DNA from: Paramecium tetraurelia
Lineage: Eukaryota
Direction: 5' to 3'
Length of the DNA stretch: 64,000 nucleotides
NCBI GenBank assembly: GCA_000165425.1
Contig: CT868441.1
Coordinates: forward strand, 385,769-449,768
Shown: positions 39,038 to 52,500 of the stretch, piece by piece
Position numbering within the stretch: the stretch's first letter is position 1
Layout: each line of letters opens with the position of its first letter
The notes under the pieces: generated by a model
What the model was told of the DNA's origin: nothing
Database searches by the model: none
What the model saw: only the letters and a program-made list of their open reading frames with translations
Position numbers and translations under genes: made by a program

Positions 39038-42034
39038 TCAAAAGTCAAAATCATCTAATAAGTCCCCTTTCTCAGCCTTTTAAGCCAATTCTTTTTACTA
39101 ATATAATATTGTAAACTATGATACCTTATCTATTTTTTATTGATTTCCTACTCCTCTTCTATTTCCTCCACCACCAAATCCAGGTTCATAGGTTTCATTA
39201 TCCTCCTTAGGAACTTCAAATTTTCTTCTTTGTTGATTGGGTCTATACTCTTCCTATTGCTTTTGACCTCCTAAAATTTCATCCAGAGTCATTTCTCTCT
39301 CTTCTTTATGTTGAACTTCTGGGACTTATTTTACATCTTTAATTTCTTATATTTCTTCTATATTCTCCTTCTAAACTGGCTAATCTTCCCATATATTTAA
39401 TTTATTATTGCCCCTATTTCTTCTTCCTTATAGTTTTGCTGGTTCTTGTCTTGGTTGAAATTCATACGCGGGTTCTTCAGTTTTAGGAGCTTCAGGCTAC
39501 TTTTCATCAGCAAATAGTTTAATTCTACGCTATTTATTACTATCATCAGTTGGTTGATATGTTTATTGAGAAGATATAGATTATTATTATGAGGAAATTG
39601 ACTATTATTATGATTATTATTAGCTATTATTCTATTCTAACTATTCCTCTTAGCCACCTCTATTTCTTCTTCTAGTAGGATATTCTAATTATTATGTTTG
39701 TTCTTATTTTTAATTAATTAATATTGGTTGTTCTACTGTTTATTAAGTTTATTAAGTTGATTATGATGGTTATTGTTGTTATTATTATTCTATTGAATTA
39801 TAATCCAATCCTCTGGGTCTGTTGGATACTCTTCTCGTTGGAAAAGTAGGTTGATAATCCTCAACAGGTTTTGGTTATTCAGGTTGTATGGGTTATTCAA
39901 TAGGTTTATTGTTTTATTCATTTATTTCTTTGTGATGATCTCGTGGTTGCTCAACCGGTTTAGAAGCATGAATTATGAATTGTGTAGTTTCTTCTGATTT
40001 ATTTTATTATGGTTTTTTCATTCTCATCATTCTAGAAGGACCTGTATATTCTGTTTAAACATCGCTAGTATTACTTTATTAATTGCTTACATTGCTTTAA
40101 CCTAAATCAAGAGAAGGTTATTAATCAACTGATTTTCTTAGATTACTAAAAGGTTTTGAATTTAATTTATTTTATTGATTAGGAGATTAAAATTATTATT
40201 ATTATTACTATTATTATTACTATTATTGTTATTGTTATTATTATTGTTATTATTACTATTGTTATTATTTTATAACTTATACTTCTTATTTTAATGGAGT
40301 AGAATTTGAGATTGGAATTTATTTTTTCTCTTCTTACTTTATTTGCTATTATTATTCAGTTTCATCTTCACATATAATTTCTTCTTCTACTTCATTCTTT
40401 GATGTTAATTATTATGACTTTTAATCTTATTTAACAGGTAATTTTAATTCTTTATTATGATTTTATTCCTGCTTAGACATAGGGGGTTTAGCACTCTACA
40501 ATTTTCTTTGACTTTCTATTTGCATTCTTTCATATTATAATTCATCAGAAATATTTTCTTAAGTCATGATAGCAGGCATATCTTTTAACTAATCTGTTGG
40601 TATTTTTTCTTTTAATTCTGCCTTTATTTTTCTCTAATCAATTAACATCATTTCATTTGTATTAATTTATTGGTTAAAGAATTCTTTTTCTTTTTTCAAT
40701 TCTTTGATTTCCTTCTCTATCATTTCCAATTATTTATCCTTCTTTTCCATAATTAGATTATGTTTCAACAAATTGTCCTTTTGAGCCAATAGCATAAGGT
40801 ATTGTTCTTTTTATTTACTGAACGGTTTATGTCCACTAATGTCAATCCTATACTTTTCAGCTTCTTCTTCCAAAAGCCTTAGTTCCTTATTGATTTTAGG
40901 GAGTTCAACTTCTTGTGTGTTTTTGATTGTTTCCTTCTGTTTATTGTATTACTCCTATTGTTCCTTAATTTTCTTCCTAATATTGGCAATCTCTTGATTT
41001 AGATTGTTCCTTTCTTTATTCAACTTGTCAAATCCATCTTGATTCTCATACTTATCAAGATCTTTGCCTCGTTGTTTCTGTTACAAATATTCTTACTTTT
41101 TTCTTTGTTCTAACTTCTTCATTTCATCTTCAAATTTCTTAATCTCCTCATCCAACTTCATGATGTAGTTCACCTATTATATTTGTTGCAATCTGGTAGT
41201 TAATTTATTAATCTCCTCTTCCTATTACTCTAACTTTTTTTGATTAATTTCAATCTCCTTATCAATTACAGAAACGCCCGAGAGTTAAGATTGTGCTGTT
41301 TTCTATCTCTTAATTTATGGCTACGGTTATGGTAGTGATGATACACGTTAAGCATTCAGCTCGACTAATTTAGTCACTTCTTCAGAGATTTCTTTAAGCT
41401 TCTATCTGAGTAACTTGTTTTCCTCATGCAACTGTTTTGGTTTCCAATTAGAGTAATCTTAAGGAGCCATTAGCTCTGCATATTTCTCTTAATAGGTGGG
41501 TTTCTATTTAATAGGTTAGATAGGCAGAGGAGGTCTCTTCTTTTTCTTTGGAGGTTCTAAAAGAGGAGCCGATTTATCAGATTAAGCATTTTTATTATCT
41601 TTAACTTCTTTGTTCTATTTGTTATTATTAGGATTTTCCTGCTCGAATTCATCGTAATTCTCTTCATAGTCATTTTATTCATAATCTTCATCATATTGTT
41701 CTTCTTCATTTTCTTCCTCGTTATATTATTCATTATCTTCAGGAACTTCTTCATAGACTTCTTCTTCTTATACATTTTCTTCGTTGTCATTATGCTAAGC
41801 TAAATCCTCACTCTAATCTTCATATTAATAGACTTCGCCCTCTTCTTCCTCCTCAGGTGGGTAAGGAGTGTGAGTTCTTTGATTTGAAATTGGATTTTTG
41901 TTCTAATCATTTTTTGGTTATTAATTATTGGGCATCTATTGGTCATCATCTCCTCCCATTAGATCTTCCTCATAATTGAATTCTTCCAGGCTCAATTCCT
42001 CATTATCAATTTCTCCAAATTCCTCTTAATCCAT
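39038..42034 (-). CDS. Acidic / coiled-coil / Gln-Pro-rich low-complexity protein, ~990 aa
   Basis: ATG 42034 (MDQEEFGEIDNEE), E/D-rich N-terminus, coiled coil, polyQ, one 3' intron, ends DLLDDFDF-TGA. Confidence 0.8.
40193..40267 (-). repeat. Coding trinucleotide repeat encoding a 25-residue polyglutamine
   Basis: 18 TAA, 3 TAG and 4 CAA codons in a row on the minus strand. Confidence 0.9.
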
Positions 42035-42047
42035 TAAAATAATTAAA

Positions 42048-43502
42048 ATGAATTTCTGCTACTTTTCATAGCTTTGGCCCAAACAATCCTTCTCAGCAGC
42101 TCATGAACGGACATTTGGAATAATCGAACGCTTTATCCACAATAATATCAAGACATTCTACATCACTCCTCAAGATAAAAAAAAAGCAGAGGATATACGC
42201 TAATATATTGATCTGAAATGCCAACAAGCCGACCCTTCAAACACAAGTAGAGTCAACCATGTGTTGAGTCGCATCCAAACCCCTACAGTAAGTGTTTTCG
42301 ACACTCATGTATCAGAATGCTTGTACAGTCATTATGTACATTAAGTATTCTCAAATTGTGCTAAAGTGCTGGACTTGTAAGACTTACACAGTTTAAGATT
42401 GAAGAGGGAAACCTTGCTCACTGGGGAATTGATGAATAAGGAAGTATTAAAGGCAAAGCCAGAATTAGGAGATGAACTCACTGATAAGGAGATGGCTTCA
42501 ATTATAAGAAGCGATCTCATAATAGCATGTTCTGATTACGAAATGGAATTAATAAAACATCTAAATAAAAAGGTTCAATTGGTCACCTTCTTTTATCCTA
42601 CCACAAGACGATTGGATGAAGAAGACAAGCAAGCCATAGAACTCAAGCAACATCATTACAAGAGAAGACACTTTGTATTTCTTGGTAATATGTCGCATCG
42701 ACCGAATTATGATGCAGTCAAAAGATTAAAAGATCGAATCTGGCCAATAATCGTCAAAGCACTTCCATAAGCTCAGTTACATATTTATGGTAGTAATTTC
42801 CCTGCAGAATTCAAAACAGATGAGTACAATGGTTTCATTTGCAAGGGACTAATGAAAGAAATTGACATCCTTGGAAAGTATAGAGTCATGCTAGCACCCT
42901 TGCGTTTCGGTGCTGGAGTTAAAGGAAAAATCACAGATGCTTGGAGAGAAATGTTACCTGTCATTACAACACCTATTGGTGCTGAGGGTTTATTCTTAGA
43001 ATCAAGTTAAGCACTAAAATATGAATGTGTCAATCAAATTCAATCCAAATTCTATTCTGACATGGAAGCCGATCGTCTCAATCCACAAGTAAGGTAACAG
43101 AGTCTGGAGGAAGAAAATTTCATGAGGGAATACTACTCCTATGATAATAACACTGAAGAAATGGCTAAGAAATTAACATTTGGAGGTAGCTTTAATAATT
43201 GGACTGATGAGCAATTCGCTGAAGAAGCCATTAAAATGTATGAAGATGAATAATTGTGGCTTAATGCCATTGAAAATTCATAGAAAATCTTAAAAAGAAG
43301 AATGGATACAATTGTTAATGAAAAGTTGTTGATGAAAGCCATCTCAGAAACTTAAACTAATTTAGCTTCGATGAGAAGACAGGATATTTTATAGAAGTTG
43401 ACTTGGAGTGAAACCCTTCGTTCCAATTATCATTTTGCCAAATATCTTGACGAGAAACGTAAGAATTTAGAATTAACTGGTAAATTAAAGTAATCGAATT
43501 GA
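42048..43502 (+). CDS. GT-B (GT4-like) glycosyltransferase, 484 aa
   Basis: [84 protein letters not shown]. Intronless. Confidence 0.9.
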
Positions 43503-43538
43503 AAATCGCTTATATATATATGTGTATATAAAAAATAA

Positions 43539-46500
43539 TCATTTCCTTAATTTTATTCTGAGCATCATCTCCCCTTTATTACTATTCTTGCCTTTCTTAT
43601 ATTAATAGTATCCTAATCAAGATCAGATTACAAATCTATTGTCATTAATGTTATATCGTTATCCATGATTTGAATCTGTAATTCTTGTGGTTGTTCACCT
43701 TCCAAAGTAGAAACGAGGATGTATGGAATCAATGTGGAAGGCAAATTACCACATTCTATCAATTTGTGTTTGTCCATACTCCATTAGCAATTCTGACATT
43801 CTAATCCTCCAAGTAGATAAGATCCATCATTTAATTACTGCTATTGTACATGGTTTATTTCAGTACATTTCGAAATATCAGTATAAATATTGAGATTCCA
43901 AGGATTGAGACCATTCTTACGACTAAATTGCAATTTGAAGTATTCCAATAATGCCTTAGGAATAAATAGGTAGCTTAAATCAAAGTACTTTCGATTTTAT
44001 TAATCTCTCAATAATTTTAATTGATACACATTTGAATTCACCATTTCTATTAAATTGTGAGTGAGCAAATTAGATTTTGGTTTGTACCACAAATATTAAT
44101 ATAGCTCATGTGGACATGGCATAGCATATATATCTGGATTGTTCCTGATATATTCCTTCAACTCTTCTATCAATACATTATACTTCTAGATCTAAATATT
44201 GATATATTGATCAACAGCATCTGTGTATGAAATATTTTGTTTATTTTTGTTTATGATATTAAGTGCTGTTTTTCGATAATATTAAGAAAAGGGTTTTGAG
44301 TCATTTTTTTGAAAAGAGTACTTTCTTGTTAATTTCTATTCTAATTTAATTAAATTAAGTGGCTCAACTAATTTAAGCTATGCTTTATTCTGACTTTAAA
44401 CTACAGTATTATTGCTATTAGTTAATAGTTAGAATTATTGAATTATCTATTAATTTAACTAATTATAAATTGCAAAGTTGTAATGTCCGTAGCCAATACT
44501 ATAGGTATCATTTGTATCTGGAATTCGATTAATCATCTCATCTAACCATACATCACTGCCTATTGGAAGTGTTTGAAAATGCAAATATTAATAATTCTCA
44601 GTATTTACTTACTAATTGCAGTGCTTATAAATAATACTTTCTATAGTTATTTGATCTTCAGGAGGGACATTGTATATTCCATCAGTTATTAGTTTAAACA
44701 TACTATTGATGTTGGTATTGATGAAGTAGGGCAAGTTAAATTTTAGGATTAGATTTAAATCTGACACCGTATAGGTCTCAGAAGTCTAATTTAATAGTAG
44801 ATTCCTCTAGATGATGAAAAAGTGCATATAACATAAACTGTAAGTGAACTTTTTCATTTCACTTGTATTGCCATCCACTTTAGGTATGTATTTTTTGATG
44901 TTCTAACGTATTTATTCATCATATTGTAGAAAAGACTTCTAGCAATTCAATAATGTTTTATCTAGTAAAAGATCTTCTTCAAAATTCTCTAGAATGCAAT
45001 GAGGATATTTGCTTTGAATTATTTGTTCCTGCAATTCCAATGGATAATGTGACAAATTAATGAATAAATATTGCTGATTGAGTTCTTGCTGTCCTTTATA
45101 AATGGGAATGTTGATTTCTTCTACAAATTTTCTTAATTAGGATTAGACATATATGATTTGCTTTTCTGATGTCTAATAAATCTTGTTGGTTTTGATTTAA
45201 GTGGAGTGTCTCGTTGATCTGTCCTTGATGTACTCATAAATGAATCTTCTCAAATATTTGGGTTTGAAAGCCTTTATTAGAATGAGCTTCTCAAATATTT
45301 ACAATTTTTCATCATATTCACTCGGAATGGACAAGGCGTCATCCAACCATTTTTACCATTCCTTGGGATATCTTGAGATCTGAGTATGTAAATCATCAAA
45401 TGATGGTGATAAACTCATAATGTATCTGATTTCATCCCACTGATCTTATTTGATGAATGAAACACTTAAGGATTTTGGATATTTACTCAAGTCCTTCTGT
45501 ACTTGTTGACCAATAACATATTAGAACTGATCCTAAGAGATGGTTCTATTCCTCAGATCTATTTGAGTAAATAAAATGAACTTCACCAACAAATGATGTT
45601 CTAATCTAAATTGATTTTCTATCATATGCATTGTCTACAATGTGAAATGATTACTTATGATCCAATATCGTTCTGAGCTGTCTCCCTTGATTTAATCCAT
45701 CACTTGAATCAGTTTGTCTAATAATTGTTGCATTGTGATATAATAACGACGATCAAAAACAATAGATTGTTGCAGACTCTTATAAACCAATAAGAATCTC
45801 ACCATCAAAGGGTGATAAATTTCAAAATTGAATTGTGTATTGTATTATTTCTATTATTCCTATTGATCAATAAGTTCTTGAATTTGAGTAATAACATCTA
45901 GGTTAATTATGCTGTTAAACTAAGAGGATATCAAGAGACTCAGTTATTGTTCATAAAGGGGATCCATAATTGGATGATCGTCATCCAAGAGAGATCCTAA
46001 ATTTATGAGTGATAGATTCTCCTCGTCATATTATTGTACCAATTTATCAAATATCTCAGGATTTTCCTTTTGTAGTATGTTTAACAATGCATATGACTCA
46101 ATTTCTTTATCTTATTTCTTAAAATAAATAGTTCGCAAAAGCGATTAGGCTATACTTTCATGTCTTATTTAATAGGAAATAAAGTATATCTTACTCTCTT
46201 GTTATTACTGAAATTGCAATATAAATGATCTCCATCGTTATGATTTCATTAATTCATCTATTATCACATCATTTATGATTAGGCATTACTGGGTTTAATA
46301 GTTGCTTTTGATTTCATTTATATTGTTGATATTGAATGAACTCACATATGCAGTTGGGTAGAATTATTATAGATATTCTTGAGACAGGTTTTCAGGGTCA
46401 ATGATTAGTAAAATATTCTTTTGATTTTAAAATTTCAAATTGAGTAGTAATTACATATTCTCGTAATCTAATTTACATTGTAAATTCAAATTATCAATTA

Positions 46501-49500
46501 ATTTCTACTTTATTTATTAATTATAACTTTGACAAATACTTTGTACAAAATTGATATCAACCAATTGGATTTATTGTTATTATAAATTAAATATATTCTA
46601 TTGCCATTGGACTTGATATTTATTCAAATGCTGAAGACACTTTCTTGTTGCTTCAAATATCTTGGTGATCTTTTCCAATTAATCAGTTAAAATACGTGAT
46701 TTAGATTGATAGATATTGATTTATTGTTCTTATTATTGTATCATACCAGTTCGCAATTCTTGTTTGTTCTTCATCTCTTCAACTGCCACTTTGTCATTGT
46801 GTAGATTGTTTTAGAGTTGTATTAAGGTTTGTTGATAATTACAAATGTTGATGGCAATCTAATAGATAGTTTAAATTTATTATGAAGATTATGGGTACTT
46901 CAAAGTAATCTGATCAATCTGATATTGTTCCAATTATGGCAAATCAACTAAATGCACCAATTCCATAGATAATGGTTACAAGAAGGGAAACTCTTAGATG
47001 ATGTGAAATAGTTGCAATCTTTACTTATTATATTATTGGAATTGCTGATTTAATTACAATTGCTGTTTATTGATTTTCTACTCACTTTTGTTGATATTAT
47101 CATTCAATTTATTGATTTATTGACTGATATCTCCCAATTCTAATTTATCCTTAGAAATCTCATTATTTATAATATTCATTTGATTAATAACCTCCTAAGA
47201 TTCTTAATTGTACTTGTTGTACTAAGTTGTGATGGTACTGAATTCAGTGTTTGCCTCCTCTATTTTATTGAGTACCTTCTAGTAAATGATAATTAATCTC
47301 TAATTCTCAGATTTGGATTGTTAATACTATTTTTGGAATAAATAGAGTTGATCTAGGAATTATTGAATGTATCCTTACGATTATTCAAAGACCTTGCAAA
47401 ATAGATTAGTATCAATGGACCTGTCATTAAGAATCTAAGTAGCAACATCCTATTAGAATACCTTTGGCCATCCAAATAGTCTGACAACTTAGCATTTATA
47501 GAGTATTCTCTTATAATCATCCAATTGATTCATGTTCTCGATCAATATACATATGTGCAAAGATGAAATGGAATCAATTTTGGACAAACATAAATTGTTA
47601 CAATACAAAATGGGATATGAGATGAATTGATAGATATTATCATTGATGTTGGTAACATACGTGATATGACTCTGCTAATCCCAATTCTACAAAAGATCAT
47701 TGAGTCCAAGATCCTGATATTTCTATTCATATTACATTATCAACTGAGCCAATCGAATAAACGAATTCCGACCACTCCCAATCCTTCCTTGAATTATGAC
47801 ATGTTGATCATATTGCCATCCTCTCATTATACATATGATCTTCTCCAAGTGACTTTCATGCAAAAACAAATTAGACACATTCTCCTTTTTGATTTCATCA
47901 TACATCTACTTAGTCTATTGCACAGAAATCTCTATAGGGTAATCTCCAAAATTGAGTTCCTTTATACACTTATCCAAATTGTCCATATCTATTATATCCA
48001 TGGAACCGCCTATCACTCTCATGATATTTTGATAGAATTGATTTACAAACTGTTGTGGATCATTGTGTACGATCAGGGGATTTAAGATTCTGTACCAAAT
48101 AGCATTATTATCGAATAGATAACGATAACACCATTGTTTTTCCCAATGCTATTTGAATTTATGTGATAATTTCAATATTCCATCGTTGATATAACCCAAC
48201 TCCAAGTATTGCTTAACTTTCTCTTTGACTGCCATTTCTATGATTATCTGAGTGTAGATGTTCTGAATCAATGGAGATCTGCTGGTGTTGATGAATACGA
48301 AATGCTTGAATTAGTTGTATTTTTCGATTAACTGTTCCTGTGAAGTACCCAACAAATAGAAGTTGCTGATGTGTTTCAACTGACAATTGTTCTTCTTATC
48401 AAACATGTAATTGTATTCGTTCAATTGCTTAATGAAGATACGACATTAACTGGATACATTGATATCTTCCACTATGAAATGCTTAATTTATCCAAATGGG
48501 GGTGACAAGTACAATTACTTATCCTTCCTGTATGTCATCAGCTTCTTATCTATAAATTCCTGCAATTCAATTGATTTGGTTCGACTACTAAAGTACAAGC
48601 AACATGATGATTTCAACTTGGCCAAGATGCTCTTATTGCATGTGATGTCACCATAGAATAGAATGTGACTCTGCAACTCTTGAATGGCATACAGTTCTTA
48701 CTGATTAAAGTAATATTGCAAAGTTGTGTTATTATACGAAGACTTTTGGTTGAACAATTGATCCAATTTTCTTTCTTGTATCACCATTAAAATCTAATCG
48801 ACAACACGAGACTTGTTCTCCTGATCCAAAATCAAACAGAATAATGTGTAAGTCGCATAGGTGCTTATGTTTTCAACATCCAGTTGTGTAAACTTGCTGT
48901 ATTGTTGTTCGTTGTAGTAAATGCTTAAGACTTTGGCAGAACAACGCAACACGTATTATAATGAATACGGGAAGTTTAACAATAGTTGGTAATACTACTC
49001 GATTTGATGAATCAAATTACGAGCCAATAAGGTTTGTAATTCTATATTATTGATGTACTTCAATTCTTGAACAAGAAATTGCTGATTGGAAATGTTATTA
49101 TTGTAGTAGAAGAGTGTGAAATTGGTCAAAGAAGCAGGGTCTTGTTTTGATATATCATTGCTTTCAAAGATTGCATTCCTATTAGAGTACACTAGACTAT
49201 TAAACAATACAAAGTTCTCCAAATTAAAATAGATTTGCTTTTATCTGAAATTGATCATAAAATGATAAAATCTGAAGGATTGAGAATTTTATAAAATACT
49301 GAACAAATCTTCATCATCATAAGCATCTAATTCAAGAGAGAGAATGCTGTTTTGTTTTGTGGATTACAACAGAGTATTATCATTTTAATTAGTGTTCTCC
49401 TATTCAAATTTAAATTGAAACAGTTCTTAAATTAATTTGCTCTTACCATTGTTGGGTTGACCATACATTAGAATGAGATTGTTTTCATTGAGCAAAGAAT

Positions 49501-52500
49501 TCAATTTTTCCATTTCATATCGATTCTCTTCCCTGTTTGGAAAGTATTCATTCACTATTGAATTAAATAGCTATTTGTCTGCATTGTTCAAGTGATGCTG
49601 CAACACATCCAAGAGATCATTCAATTTGATGGTCCTCAAGGTCTTGACTACTTGATTAAAGCAGTTGAATCTAGCAAGATTAAACAAATCAGCACCTAAG
49701 ACACTGTTTAATGTTTGTATCAATTTCATCAATATTTCAACAACTTCCTAATTGTATATCATTTGAATGAGTGCCTACCATAAAATCATGATATCAGGTT
49801 GGTAGACATGAATGTTCTTAAATGATAGGATGGGATGATGGACATCTGATATCAGAGTGAGAAAATGCTTGTTTTATAATTTCACTTGTCTCCCTTCCTA
49901 ATCCATTATCTAAAGTTATTACCATAGAGCACTGCAAATTTAATTGAATATTGTTTGCAGGATCAGCCTATCATCTTATAGAAGATATTAGTATCCCGTG
50001 ATGATGAACAAGGAATTCGATTGTATTGATCCATATATGCATTGCAATAAATAGGTGAAATCATAATCCCCACTTGTAATCTACACCTACTTGTAATAGC
50101 GTCCCAGCATTTGTGAATATTGGGTGATAATGTAATACTTACTGTAATGGCCAATCAAATGGGGTAATCGATTGATTTAGAAGGCTTGATTCATAAGCAA
50201 AATACACTATTCAGACTACTTCCATGAATGATAATTGAATTCATCCCCAAAGAACTCAAATTAGTATTGAATTTTGTTATTCAAGAAATTAACTAATATG
50301 TTTTCATCATCATAGTAATATTTCATCTATTTCAAATAGAAGTAATCTTTATCACTATTGATTTTGAATTGATTTAACTCCTATATTAGATTTTTTTGAT
50401 TATTCATTATCATAATGATTGCAATCTATCGCAATTATTGTTTAACTGACTATTTCTCAGAATGCAATAGTTTGATCTGCTCGTGTATTTCATATTATTT
50501 GAATTCCGCTAATTCATTCCAATCCTTCTCATCATTTTACAGAATATCATCCAACATCATTGTATAAGTAATAGTCATACAAATATATATAATCTAAATG
50601 GGATACTACACAATCTGCTGATAGTTATCAGCATGCTTTAATGCATTCTTGATGATTTGTCTCAATCCTTACTTCATGCCTTCCTCCACAGTTTTGAACC
50701 AATCTTCAATCTCGCCCTTCATTGGACAATACTTAACTGCTATTTAGTCATTTTCTTTGGAATAGAGAGATGTGACTGCCTCCTTGTTTTGGTCATAATC
50801 AAATTAATGGATATTTTGGAAAAACAGACTTAGATATTGTTACATGGCTGCAGGGTGTTTGACTTCAGAAACAACCTTGTTAAATTGGGAATTGGTAAGG
50901 AAATTGAATCTTGGAAACAAATACTTCTTCTTATCGAATTGTTCATTCAATTATTGAATGATACTCTTACAATTCTGATTGTCTTGTTGAATCTGTTTCA
51001 AGAACTTCTTCTCATACTCATCCTTAATCCAGACTTCCAAACTCTTCTATTGCTAGATGAATCTTATCAATTGCTTCCACTACTTTTCCTAATGCTAATA
51101 CATCTTCATCTCCTTACTCTGGTTCTTCTGATTGATCTGAGTTGATAACACATTAGTTAAATAGTATTGAGTATCTTACAGGAGAGTCAACTAATTGATG
51201 TACTCCTACAGATACACGATGTTCTTCAATTGCATATCAATTCTATTTCTTAGATCATCGATATTAGGTTGACCCAGAATGTTATTGATAATCAGAATGT
51301 TCTCATCCAATTATTCATTCAAATAACTTAAATTAATGATTGAGTATTGATCCTTCGTTCCTTTAATCTTCTGAATGAGCAACTTATGATTCTTCCAGAA
51401 CTCCTCTAATTTAAGAAGCGAGTTCATCGTTTGATTCTCATATTAAATGATGATCAATAGTTACTACAAATTATCTTGTTGTTCATTGATGTCTGACTGA
51501 TACAAATATTATGTAGTGAATACTGGATGCTATGGATTGTTACAAATTTACAATATCAATTATAACAAGTTCTTATCCTATTACTTATCCTTCTTGCACA
51601 CTTAAGCCACGATATTGTGATCATAATCTTTAATCTGCAATATGATCTCTATCACATTATAGAGTTTCAATTCATTCATCAATTGAGTCTTGATCTAGAC
51701 TAATTAACCCTACCCAAATATCTTGCAATCCTCAATCTAATGCAGTAATTTCTAATATGTAGTCTTAATGATAGACAGATTCAGATCCAAAAAGTGTTCT
51801 CTCATCCATTCCTACTGAAAGTTCTTGATCTTATGAATTTCTATTTACAATTACTTAAATTAGACATATTTATTCTTTATCTCGTGCAACTGTTCATTAT
51901 GATATTGTTCGATTTACAAGGAATATGAATACTACTTCAAATCCTCATATTCTAATTCCAAAGTAATCAATTAGCCTTGCAATTGTGAAATTGAATTGAT
52001 GTCATCTATGTCCTTGTTGTTTTCGAATTACTCACAAAACTATAACACTTTCTGATGAAAAAAAGGAGTCAACCTTCTGAACTCCTTCTCGAACTTATCT
52101 TACACCAATCCATATTGATTTTGCAAATCGTAAAACTTATATTAGAATAATTAATATTAACTAACTATCTTGTCCCAAATATCCTTAATGGGAATTGTCT
52201 GCTCCTCGTTATTATAAATTCTGTTGTAAACATGCAACTCTTCTATTTATTAATCAATGGCCTCGTAATGAGATTTAATCAACAAGTAATTCTCCTGATG
52301 TATCACGTATTGTTTCAGAGTCACTGGTTTCAATTTCAACTTCTCCAACCAATCTTGAATTTTCTCCTAGATTATCTTACACTTCCCTCTAAGTTCCAAA
52401 TCCACCTTCTGATTAATCACCTAAATCTTATTCTTAAAGAAGGTCTGCGTCTGCAATTTAAACAGCTGGATGTTCAATCTCAAAAACCCAATGTCCACAA

